Origin: Mobula hypostoma
Lineage: Eukaryota
Length of the DNA: 64,000 nucleotides
Assembly (NCBI RefSeq): GCF_963921235.1
Contig: NC_086109.1
Location: forward strand, 19,718,001-19,782,000
Reading direction: 5' to 3'
The position numbers were made by a program, and so were the translations under genes. Under the pieces are notes generated by a model, which did no database searches, was not told the origin of the DNA, and saw only the letters and a list, made by a program, of their open reading frames with translations. Shown here in pieces: positions 53,312-64,000 of the stretch (its first letter is position 1; each line of letters opens with the position of its first letter).

Positions 53312-54428
53312 GTAGGTGCAATGTTATATTGTGCAGCAGTTAGATGAATGGGTGAAGAGCTCTAGGAAATGATTGAACTCTTTATATTGAAGGACAATTT
53401 TCCAAGTACATAAATTGAGTGTGCTTGTCCTATTCACATCTGTAAATGGGCGGTCCTTGGGTATTCAGACTTGTCTGAGTCTCCCATGCTTTCATTGTTT
53501 TATTCTGCCATACACTGCTTGTTATTTGGAATGGTTAGTGTATGGATATATGCACAGAGTGGGTATGTGTGCCCTACACAATAAGTAGTAAAGCACAAAC
53601 AGCAGACAATTGCCTGGAAATGAGTGTGGCAGTCAACAGAAAGATGGATGCAGCAACAAGGTGGGGAGGGGGAAAAAGCTTACGCAACGAGCTCTTTGCT
53701 TATCATTAATAAATTCCCTTATATATTTTAAATATTTCATAGCAATCCTCATCAATATTCACCAATCTGCATTAAACATAAAAACCATACACTCTTCACC
53801 CTAACACAAGGCACTATAACTCACACCACTTGCTATAACACACATTAATTTACCATGTCACTCTCTCACTTCTGTTTGAATATACTCCCTCCCCACTCTG
53901 CCTGATACACCATACATTTCCCACTGCAATATACTTCTCTCACTGCTCCTTCCTGACCTACATCTCTTCCTATAACACAAACTGAATCACATTACAGACT
54001 TCAAAAAAATTTTGCATGATATGTCACACATCCCTGAGAGTGACACTCTGATATATCCCCTCCAGCACTATCACACAAACCACACGTCGCTACCATAACA
54101 GTTTAACATACACTACCTCTCTCAACGGGACTTTGACATGCCTCATCATCCCTGCACCTCAGTCTGATCTACCTGGTGTTTCTAATTAGAACTTGGACTC
54201 ATCCCAGAATTTGGTTTGAACCTGCAAGCTCCAAATTTTGCAGCAAGAGTGATATCAATCGAAATTAGTGTTTGTATGTTTGGTAAATAACTGGTCTCAT
54301 ATGTGAATAAAGTTAATATGTAAAAAAAGAACAAGATGTGGAACCCTGAATCTATACAGGAAAGAGAATAACTTACTTTAATACAGCTCCCTTCATGATA
54401 TTTTAAGCTTTTTATAGCCAATTAAGCA

Positions 54429-54651
54429 CTGTACTGTGCAAAAGTCTAGGGAACAAATATATCACTAGGGTGCCTAAGACTTTGGTTAGAATAAGAAGGT
54501 GGGTGGTAAACAGAAATAAGAGTACTTGCTTTGTATTAGTTCAGTAGTATTAAGCTGTTATTTGGTAAGTTGGAAGATATAATAAACAGTACTCTACAAA
54601 AGTCTTAGGCATCCTAGCTATATATATGTGCCTCAGACTTTTACACAGTAC
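54429..54651. mobile_element. Pair of very short Tc1-type MITEs in inverted orientation
   Basis: gtactgtgcaaaagtct...cctaagacttt (54431-54484) and cagtactctacaaaagtcttaggca...cctcagacttttacacagtac (54587-54651). Confidence 0.6.
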
Positions 54652-55947
54652 AATATATTTTTTGAAATGTAGTCACTATTATAATAGAAAAAATGCATGC
54701 TCTCAAGTACAATCTCCCCTAGACAGCAGTGGCACAGTCAACAGATAATCACTTTTATGAGGAACAGATATTAGTCGGAACATTAAAGGTAATTTGGAGA
54801 CGAAAGAGATGGCATAATCTGGAATCTGGAGCAATCCAATTGGTCAAGCAGTGTCCGGAGGGGAAACTGAATTGTGGACAATTCTTTTCCCACCTCTCCC
54901 CCACCCGCACAGATTCTGCACGAACAGCTGAGTTCCTTCAGCAGATTGTTTGTCATGTTTCTCGCTGAAATTTTTCCACAAGGCATTTCACAGCCACCTG
55001 CCTGAAAGAGCTTGAAGATTTCTCCTCTAGTCAGAAGAGTCATAGAATTGTACAGCGTACTGTAGAAACAGGATATTTAGCCCAATTCCTTTATACTCTT
55101 CTCTACTGATCCTCTCTCCCACCACTTGGTCTGGAGACCTCTAAGCCTAAATTGTAGCAAAATTCGCTACTTGTGTACTTTATGACCCAACTAAAAAAAA
55201 AACAATGTCCCATTATGCCTTCCTGACCATTTCATTTACCTCCTTTGCTACATTCAGGATCTATGGACTCTTACTCAGTAGGTCAGGCAGTATCCGTGGA
55301 GGGAAATGGACAGTCCACCTTTCATGTCAAAATCCTGGGTCACCTGGATCAGACCCAATTCTCCTCTACTGCCTGACCCATTGACATCCTCCAGCATTAT
55401 GTTTCTTGTTCTAAACATTCCTCAGTACTCCTTAAGACTTGTCCTTTATGGTATACGTCCTAGCCTCATTAATTCCCCCAAAAATGCATTTTCTCACTTA
55501 ACTCCATCTATCACTTTCAGCCTGTTTCACCAACACATCACTATCTCTCAGCAGCCGAACACCACCCCCGCCATGCTGTCAACAACTCCTCCGATCTTTG
55601 TGTCACTGGCAAACTTACTGATCTTGTCTCCTACATCCATATCCAAGTCATTCATGCATATTACAGACTGCAATGGTCCCAGCAATGATCTTTGTGGGAC
55701 ACCATCGGTTAAATCAACCAACCAGAAAAACAACCCTCTACCATGACCGTCTCTCTCCTATCAAGCCAGTTTTGGATCTAGTTTGCCAACTAGCCCCGAT
55801 CCCATGGCCTTAACCTCCAAAGAGAGGCACCTTGGCAAAGGCCCTACTAAAGTGCACGTTAATTACACTAACTGCCCTGCCCTCATCAATCCATTTTGTT
55901 ACCTCCTCAAAAAATACAATTAAGTTGGTCAGGCAGGATTTTGCCCG

Positions 55948-56165
55948 AGATACAAGAGATGACAGATGCTGCAATTTGGATCAACAAACAAAATGCCGGA
56001 AGAACTCAGCTGGTCAGGCAGCATCTGTGGAGAAAAATAGACAGTTGTCAATTTGTGTCAGGAACATTCATCTGGTCCAAAGTCCCATTAAAATGTAAAG
56101 TGGCTATTTTGTTCCACAGATGATGCCTGACCCCTTGAGGACCTCCAGCATTTTATTTGTTATTT
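55948..56165. mobile_element. Older fold-back Penelope-derived element
   Basis: aacaaaatgccggaagaactcagctggtcaggcagcatctgtgga is inverted relative to tccacagatgatgcctgacc...cctccagcattttatt. Confidence 0.65.
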
Positions 56166-56297
56166 TAAACAATATCCACAGAGAAGAAGACAGACATCAA
56201 TAAAAAGATACCCTGTCATATAATCCTCAAAGCATTTTGCTGCATTTTTAAATATGTCACATGCTAAGCTTTTTTTTTAATATTGCTCTTGTTTCAG

Positions 56298-56396
56298 GAG
56301 TCAGGCGATAAGGACCAGCAGCCATGTCCCAACAGACCAGGATCAGCTGTGGCCAGGCAACATCACCATCTGCTGCATTGCTTGGAGCGGACAACT
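56298..56396 (+). CDS. KCND3: Kv4 channel coding exon 4 (HHHLLHCLE dileucine motif)
   Basis: Acceptor ctcttgtttcAG|, donor |GTgagt, 99 nt, phase 0/0. ESGDKDQQPCPNRPGSAVARQHHHLLHCLERTT contains the Kv4 signature QHHHLLHCLE(K/R)TT. Confidence 0.92.
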
Positions 56397-56659
56397 GTGA
56401 GTCTGCAGATATATTACCTCTTGGGTCCTGAACCACGGCTGTGGGGGCAGGCCACATGGCACCACGACAGAGTTCTGTCCCTGCCGTTGAGGCCTCGACA
56501 CAGATTCCACAGGCTCTCAATCAGCAATCCTACCCTTGTTAACACTGCTTCTGTCTCCGCCCTGTAGTGACATCCAATGTAACTTGTGATTATAAACTGC
56601 AGCTGGCTGGTACTTTGTGTGCTGGGAGTAATGCAAGGATAGCAAAAAGTGAAGTCCCA

Positions 56660-57340
56660 TTGAAACTTGGAATATTGTGTTCAGATCTGGAGGCCTCATT
56701 ATAGGAAGAATGTGGAAGCTATAGAGAGGGTGCAGATTTAGCAGGGTGCTGCCTGGATTCAAGAGCATCACCTTTAAGAATAGGCTGAGCAAGCCTGGGC
56801 TTTACTCTTCAGAGCGAAGGAGGATGAGAGATGACTTGATAGAGGTGTACAAGATGATAAGAGGCATTGAATGAGTGGACACACACAAAATGCTGCAGGA
56901 ACTCGGCAGTTCAGTCAGCATCGATGAAATGAATAAGCAATCAATGTTTCGGGCTGAGGCCCTTCATCAGGACTGAAAAGGAAGCGGGGAGATAATAGAA
57001 TAAAAAGTGGGCGGGGGATGTGGAGGAGGCTGGCTAGAAGGTGATAGGTGAAGCCAGGTGGGTGGGAAAGATAAAGGGCTGCAGAAGCAGGAATCTGATA
57101 AGGAAAGAAGGAATCTGAAATCCAGAGACTTTTTCCAGGGCAGAAATGGCTAATAACAGGGGTCATAATTTTAAAGTGATTAGAGGAAATTTTAGGCAGG
57201 ATGCTAGAGGTAAGTTTTTTGACACAGTGAGTTGTGGCAAGACCATGCCTGGGGTAGAGGTAGAGGCAGTTAAGAAACATCTAGATAGGCACATTATTGA
57301 TAGACAAATGGAGAGCACTCTAGGAGGGAAGGGTTAAATT
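56660..57340 (+). mobile_element. CR1 3' fragment interrupted by a minus-strand Penelope terminal fragment (56881-~57120)
   Basis: CR1 motifs on both sides. Hammerhead-like AGTCCTGATGAAGGGCCTCAGCCCGAAACATTGATT on the minus strand at 56939-56974. Confidence 0.75.
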
Positions 57341-59931
57341 GATCCAATATCCACTCCACCTCTCATTTACTCTTTCTATATCTGAAAAAAAAACTTTTTG
57401 AATCCTGTTTTATTTTATTGGCAAACTCACCTTCATATTTCATCTTTTCCCTCCTTATGGCTTTTTAGTTGCCTTCAGTTGGTTTTTAAAAGCTTCCCAA
57501 TCCTCTAACTTTCTACTATTTTTTGTTATATTATATGCCCTCGCTTTTGCTTTTATGCTATCCTTGATTTCCATTGTCAGCCAGTTACTTTATCCTCCAA
57601 TTTAGAAAACTTCTTCATCTTTGAGATGTAACTTTCCTGCACCTTCCAAATTGCTCCCAGAAACCCCTGCCATTTACCATTCTGCCGTTATCCCTTGCTA
57701 GTGTCCCCTTCCAATCAACTTTGGCCAGCTGCTCTCTCAAGTCTCTGTAGTTCCCTTTCCTCCACTGTAATGCTGTTAAATCTTATTTTAGCTTTTTCCC
57801 TCTCAAACTGCAGGGTGAATTCTATCTTATTATGATCACTGCTTCCTAAGGGTTACTTTACCTTAAGCTCCGTAATCAAATCTGGTTCATTACCCAGTCG
57901 GAGGCCTGTATATTCACCCTTACAGGTTCTTAACTCTACCCTCAAAGATTCTACATCTTCAAAGTTTCAAAAGGTTATTATCACGACCATTCCTCATGTT
58001 TTTGAGCACCACAAGCTTTGTCCAGCTACTTGACTATTTTTGGTCACAGAAGACAGGTGAAGCCAACTCATTAAATATTTTCAAGAAAGACACAGATATA
58101 GTTCTTGGGTTAATGAGATCAAGAGATCTGGGGAGAGACTGTGAGTAGGATTCTGAGAAATGCTCAAAGTTAAGGATCTCGACCCAAAACGTAAAGTGTC
58201 CGTTTCCTCCATAAAGGCTGCCTGACCTGCTGTGTTCCTCCAGCACTTTGTGGTTGCTCCAGATCCCAGTATCTGCAGTCTCCATTTTGCTACTTCAAAA
58301 GCATGTCAGCCATAATCATGTACTGAATGGCAGAGCAAGTTCAAAGGGCTACATGGTCTGCCAAATCCCTTTTTCTACATGTCTGTATCAAATATACATA
58401 CAACTGTAATATGCTTACTGATTCTTGGAAGGAGGCACAGCTAGGGGATGGGATGCAGCTTGGTCTCAAAAAGATTAAGAACTGGATTTCAGAGAACTTT
58501 CCAATGCTATCAAGCTCTGCATTCACCCCAAATGTTTCCGAAGTGCACACTTGGAACTTTGAGGTTAGGTATTGGAAACTAGGTGTTTTGTAATCTCTTC
58601 CAATTTAACAAAAGTCGAAGTTCTCTTTCATTGAACATCATTAATGGAGATGCACCATCAAATGTGATGACTAAAGATTAGATTCTACAAATGAATGCAC
58701 TTAGCCCGTTAGCAAAAGAGCAAACCCTTTTGGAATTGTTTGGTATTTAGAAGATCAGCTACTGCTCTGCTGAGAGCTGTAACCATGAAAGGGTAGAATT
58801 GGAAATTAATGGAACAGAGGTAAATAAAAATTCCATTAATACCAGTCATGTCCTTGAATCTCCTTCTTTCTAAATTCACTCGATTCAGTCTAGTCTTAAT
58901 TTAAAGTTATTTAACTTAACCAATTTTCAAGCTTTAGCAATCAATTCTCACTTTGTTCTTATTTACATCTCATTATTCAAATTATTTAATCATGTTTCTC
59001 TTGGTAAAATATGCGTATGTGCTCCTGAGTTGGTATATATTTGTGCACATGCCCTCAATGTGTGCACCCATTTGCATGTGCATCTGTGAACATAGAAAAT
59101 GGAACATTATTCGCAGTATAAGCCCTTTGTCCCATGATGTTGTGCCGAACTTTTAACCTACTCTGAGATCAATCTAACCCTTTCCTCCAACATAACCCTC
59201 CCTTTATCAAAGAGTTACTTAAATGGGTGTAATGTATCTGCCTCTACCACCATCCCTGAGAGCACGTTCTACGCACCCACCACTCTGAGTAAAGAATTGT
59301 ATAAAGAGCATGTGTAGATATATTTCTGTATTTGCATGTAGTTATAGAATTTTGCATGTGCATGCATGTCTGTATGAGTGTGTGTGTTTATACATGTGTG
59401 AGCGTGCCTTTAAGTGTGTGCAAAAGGAGAAGGCAGGACAGGTTCATTGTGAGGCTATCTGCTGACAGGCACAAATGAAGAATCTTTCTTTGAGGAAGTC
59501 ACTGGAAGCTGGGTTAAGCTCATCCAGCCAACAGTAGTGGTGCAATCACTTGAATCAAGTATGATGTTCTCCTGAGGGATTGTCCTCTACTGTGCATATT
59601 GTATTGTTTATTATTTATTGTAATGCCTGCACTGTTTTGTGCACTTTATGCAGTCCTGGGTAGGTCTGTAGTCTAGTGTAGTTTTGTGTTGTTTTACGTA
59701 GTTCAGCGTAGTTTTTGTATTGTTCATGTAGCACCCACCATGGTCCTGAAAATCGTCGTCTCATTTTTACTGTGTACTGTACCAGCAGTTATGGTCGAAA
59801 TTACAATAAAAAGTGACTTGACTTGACTTGACTTGACTTATTGGTGGCTGTCAGGCGTCTGTAGAGGCCAGTCCAGGATCCACGTATTCTGGAGCAGTGT
59901 GGACAAGAGTAAGTGGAGGCTGTGGTTAGTG

Positions 59932-60219
59932 CAAACACAAGGAAATCTGTAGATGCTGGAATTTCAAGCAACACACATAAAAGTTGCTGGTGAACGCAGT
60001 AGGCCAGGCAGCATCTATAGGAAGAGGTACAATTGACATTTCGGGCCGAGGCCCTTCGTCAGGACTAACTGAAAGAAGAGATAGTAAGAGCAAGCAAGAG
60101 CTTACTAGCTCTTCTTTCAGTTAGTCCTGACAAAGGGTCTCGGCCCAAAACGTCGACTGTACCTCTTCCTATAGACGCTGCCTGGCCTGCTGCGTTCACC
60201 AGCAACTTTTATGTGCATT
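59932..60219. mobile_element. Palindromic inverted dimer of the Penelope terminal repeat with two hammerhead motifs
   Basis: Arms 59967-60088 and 60101-60222, 12-nt spacer, 13-bp TSD gctgtggttagtg (59919-59931 / 60220-60232). Confidence 0.88.
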
Positions 60220-61459
60220 GCTGTGGTTAGTGGTTGTGTCTTTTGGTTGTTATGGAGCCAATAACTCACCATGACCCAGGACCTTTTCAGATGCTCTCTT
60301 ATACTATTTTCACCTACTGAAACCAGAACGAAAAGAAATTGTTCAATAGCAGAATGTCAAGTAGTATCATGCTGTTTCTTCAGCACTGTTTAGAGGTAGG
60401 TTTGTTCTGTATAATTTTATTGCCACTTATAAAGGCATTAAAGTCCATTTTCTGTAATTAAAAATGGATTGCCAGGATGAAATGGACTCAACATTACCAG
60501 GGGAGACTACAACCTCTACCTAAAGGTCTCCTCAATGCCCTAGCTTTAGTTTTAATAAAATCCACACACGATGCAAATTATCAAGAGCCATCGAGAAGAG
60601 AATAACATGGTAATGGCTATTGGCATGAATTACCCGCTATAGCTTCTATGTAGCTATACAATACCCCAACAATTTGCCCACTAGCCCCAATGGGCAATTT
60701 AGTATTCAACATATTTGCCTGCCTCAAAACTACTAAACCTAACAAGATTCCATCGTACTTGTAAATGTGTCATTTCATATTTCTAGCTACACTTGAGTGC
60801 TCTCCACTTAGAGGTAATTAAGTGTAAAAGGCAATTGCTCCATAATGAGTGTGAACTATCACTGAACACCTGTCACAACCTGAAATAACTGGCATGTCTA
60901 GCACACTGAAAACGGTTCCTTCGTAATTAAAAATATCAGTTTTGCAACACAATTTAAGCCACTTGCCCAATTTAAAAACACGGGAGTGTCATTTAATTGC
61001 AAAGCCTCCATCAGAGATGCGTAATTGTATCGGCATCAAGACACATCGACACAGACGGCAGTCTATGAAGTAGTCAATTGACGGTCAAAATACGGGCGTG
61101 TTTCTCTTAGGAAAGTCACAGGCGCTCAGGAATTATAATATTAAATTATGAACGAACATAAAACAAACTAGCGAAGTATTCAAAGGGCATATAAATAAAT
61201 AAAAGGAAGCCCCCAAAAAGGGTGAATCCATTAAGGCAACAATTATGTTAAGAAATATTTCACTTTGAGGTTAGATAGTCACAGGGACAGCCTGCTTAGA
61301 GAGTGGAGCAAACCAAGAAACCACTAAACTAAGATAACAAATATCTCATAGAGAAATCAAAGGAAAACTACAGAGTTTGGAACCCACCATCACAGAATGT
61401 TGAGGCAAATAAAAATGGATGCACTTGAGATGAAGAATTTGAAAAAAAGGTTCAGGTTC

Positions 61460-61835
61460 GCTCATTCGTTATGTGCCATTTTGTATGATGTGGGCAATCG
61501 TGGGCAATCATGCTCCTTTCATGACCATGATTATTCCTGGCTAATTTTCCTACAGAAGTGGCTTGCTATTGCCTTCTTTTGGCCAGTGTCTTTACAAGAT
61601 GGGTGGCCCCAGCCATTATCAATACTTTTCAGAGGTTGTCTGCCTGGCGTCAGTGGCCGCATAACCAGGACTTGTGATATGCACCAGCTGCTCCTACGAC
61701 CATCCACCACCTGCTCCCATGGCTTCACATCACCCTGATCGGTGGGGTGGGGATGGCTAGACAGGTGCTACACCTCGCCCAAGGGTGACCTGCTGGCTAG
61801 TAGAGGGAAGGAGTGCCTTATACCTCCTTTGGTTG
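61460..61835 (-). mobile_element. RTE-type non-autonomous element
   Basis: Minus-strand GAAGGCAATAGCAAGCCACTTCTGTAG (Bov-A/RTE-like motif). Confidence 0.55.
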
Positions 61836-62375
61836 GAAGAAGGATTGCAGGAGATAGAACTGGAGCATAGGCATCAACTGACAGCTAAAGGCATTTTCCT
61901 GTGCTTTGTGTCGAAAATTCCACTTAAAATATCTTTTATTTCAACATATTCCATTGATTATTACTTATCCAACATGCACAATTCTGCTGTGGCAAAAACT
62001 GATCAGGCAGCACCAGTGAAGAAAGAAACAGATTTAACATTCCAGGTCAAACAGCCATTGTCTGAATAGGGAACAGTTTGAGCTTTAAGCTGCAGAGAAG
62101 CCGGTGAGGGAAGGAGAGTGCAAAGGGAATCTAAGGTGAAGGTGAAGAGGTTGATTCATAAAAGTGGTAGTGGGACAAATAAAGAAATATGCGAGGATGT
62201 AATCGGGGGAAGGGGGAGGGGTCACTATTGAAATTTACAAAGGGAAGATACTTTAAATGCTATAAAACGTTAAGTTCTTAAAAATACTAGCTACCTGAAC
62301 CGGTTGATTTCAAGTATTCAAGATGGGAGGCTGTAACATGCCTAGCCAGAATTTGAGGAGCTGTTCATTTAAGCC

Positions 62376-62765
62376 ATGCAGGTGGGACTCATCAACCTTG
62401 GATGGCAACCCGCCAAGGAGAAGGGAAATCTGACTTTAAACCTCCGCTGCCTTGCGGCCATATCCACCCATGGGAAAGGCTTTGGGAGAAAACCCCGAAG
62501 AAGAAATCCGGAGCCGGGGTCCCTAAGGCAGTTTGATGTTGTTTACAATTTCACTCTGGCAACCTCTGCGACGACACTGGTGCCAAGCTGTATCGGCGCT
62601 TGCCCTTCCCTTGAACTACATCAGTGACGTGGAGAGAGGGAACCCGCTGCATGGGCAACAGCCGGTTCTTCAAATCTTCCCACCCAGGCTTGCACCCTGG
62701 AGAGAACACAGTCCACCAGAGGCACAACGCCATGATCCCCTGGGATCGACGGCTGCCTACCAGTA
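62376..62765 (+). mobile_element. 5'-truncated RTE-like non-autonomous retroposon
   Basis: 11-bp TSD tcatttaagcc (62365-62375 / 62766-62776). Homologous to 982-1577 (aaatccggagc.ggggtccctaaggcagt). Confidence 0.7.
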
Positions 62766-63169
62766 TCATTTAAGCCTTGTAGGAAGGCTGAGGAAAGAAA
62801 GGTTAGAGAGGGTGGGACAGAAGATTCACTGAAACACTGGACAGGGATATTGCACAAGGTAATAATCCACGTTATGTAAAAGTTTTAAGTATAATGTATG
62901 TTAAGTTTATGTTAACTTATGTTTGTCCTTGTAATGTTCTGTCCTGCATACCCTGTGTATGTATACTTATAACAATAACATGCTTAAATTTGAATCAGAA
63001 TTAGATTATTATTACCGACATGTGTCGTAAAATTTGTTGTTTTGCAGCAGCGGTACAGTGTAATAGATAAGTAGACTACAAATTACACTAGGAAATATAT
63101 ATATAATTAGTAGTGAAAAAGGAGAACAAAAATGGTGTTAAGTGTCATGCATTTCAACTTGAACCTGAA

Positions 63170-63287
63170 CAGCCCGAAACGTCGACTGTACTTTTTACCA
63201 TAGATGCTGCCTGGCCTGCTGAGTTCCTCCAGCATTTTGTGTTTGTCGCCTGAATTTCCAGCATCTGCAGATTTTCTCTTGTTTGCA
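63170..63287 (+). mobile_element. Penelope terminal-repeat fragment starting inside the hammerhead
   Basis: gcccgaaacgtcgactg...gatgctgcctggcctgctgagttcctccagc...ccagcatctgcagattttc. Confidence 0.75.
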
Positions 63288-64000
63288 CTTGTTGGTTGCA
63301 TATACTATTAATCTCTTTTGACGATTTGTCCAGGTAATGAAAGTCAAAAGCCATCTTTAGGTGAAAATAATGTATACAGGGAAACCTAAGGACTATTGGC
63401 CCTATATGCTTCTCAGTTACATTGTGGCTGTTCTATATCTGAACTCCATTTCCCCTCCATTGTCCAAGCCTCCTTTCTTCACAAAGATCATCATTTAAGT
63501 TCTCAATTATCTCCCCATCCTCAACAGCACTTTTTGGGATGGGAATTCCAGTTTTCAAGAACAGTTAGCCTGGTCCGGCCGATCAAGGGGCGTGGAGATT
63601 GGATAGGGCAGGAAAAAAGGTTAAAAGCTCTTACATTTCTTATTGAAGAGGAATCAGGCTTGGGGAATTGCTGCTCCTTCCTGCAAGGTGCAGAAGAATA
63701 AAATCTGTTGTTGGCTGATGTCAATTTTACCACAGTGCATCACAGATAGTAAAAATCTACCTTTAAATCGAGGGGAGGTGCTCTTAGCATTTGGCGATCT
63801 GCATTTGTATGCAATCAATCACAAGAGTATATGATTGTAACTGAATCATTACTCCATGAGCTGTGTGTGACTATATGCTCTGTGTTTGCACTTTGGACCC
63901 AAAGGAACGATGTTTTGTTTAGTTGTGACAATAAACTTGAACTTGTAGAGTGCAATGAGATCTGTAGACATGCTATGCTGGCAAAATGCAGAGTAAGGGT

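Noticed and set aside
56283..56567. 94-aa ORF
   Set aside because: Only 56298-56396 is Kv4-like and bounded by AG/GT. The rest is intron.
61700..61835. Third HDV-like fold (GG-GCG-AGGUG/CACCU hairpin) on the minus strand
   Set aside because: Only a P4-like hairpin is evident. P1-P3 could not be assigned, J4/2 is off-consensus and the 5' end looks truncated.
56400..64000. KCND3 long-isoform 19-aa exon or the next constitutive exon (NHEF...)
   Set aside because: No matching translation with splice sites was found by eye. It is probably beyond the window or absent.

Overview
Repeat-dense vertebrate genomic DNA. The repeat complement (CR1, Rex1/Babar, V-SINE-like, DeuSINE-like, Penelope) suggests a cartilaginous fish, probably a ray or shark; this is inference. 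The only host coding sequence found is three + strand exons of a Kv4/Shal potassium channel gene: 47301-47463, 53210-53311 and 56298-56396. The gene is closest to KCND3, but the paralog is uncertain. Everything upstream is its large first intron. Nearly all ORF-track entries are decayed transposon fragments or chance ORFs. The most interesting signal is catalytic RNA carried by retroelements. (1) Penelope-like GIY-YIG elements carry minimal hammerhead ribozymes in their 3' terminal repeat, and short TSD-flanked derivatives of that repeat occur singly or as fold-back inverted dimers. (2) A ~516-bp non-coding retroposon at 18741-19256 (-) begins exactly at a hand-foldable HDV-like ribozyme with an unusual hairpin inserted in L3, and shares its RTE-type 3' body with a tRNA-headed SINE at 6542-6794. 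All RNA structures were folded by eye, family names come from recalled motifs, and repeat boundaries without TSDs are approximate.
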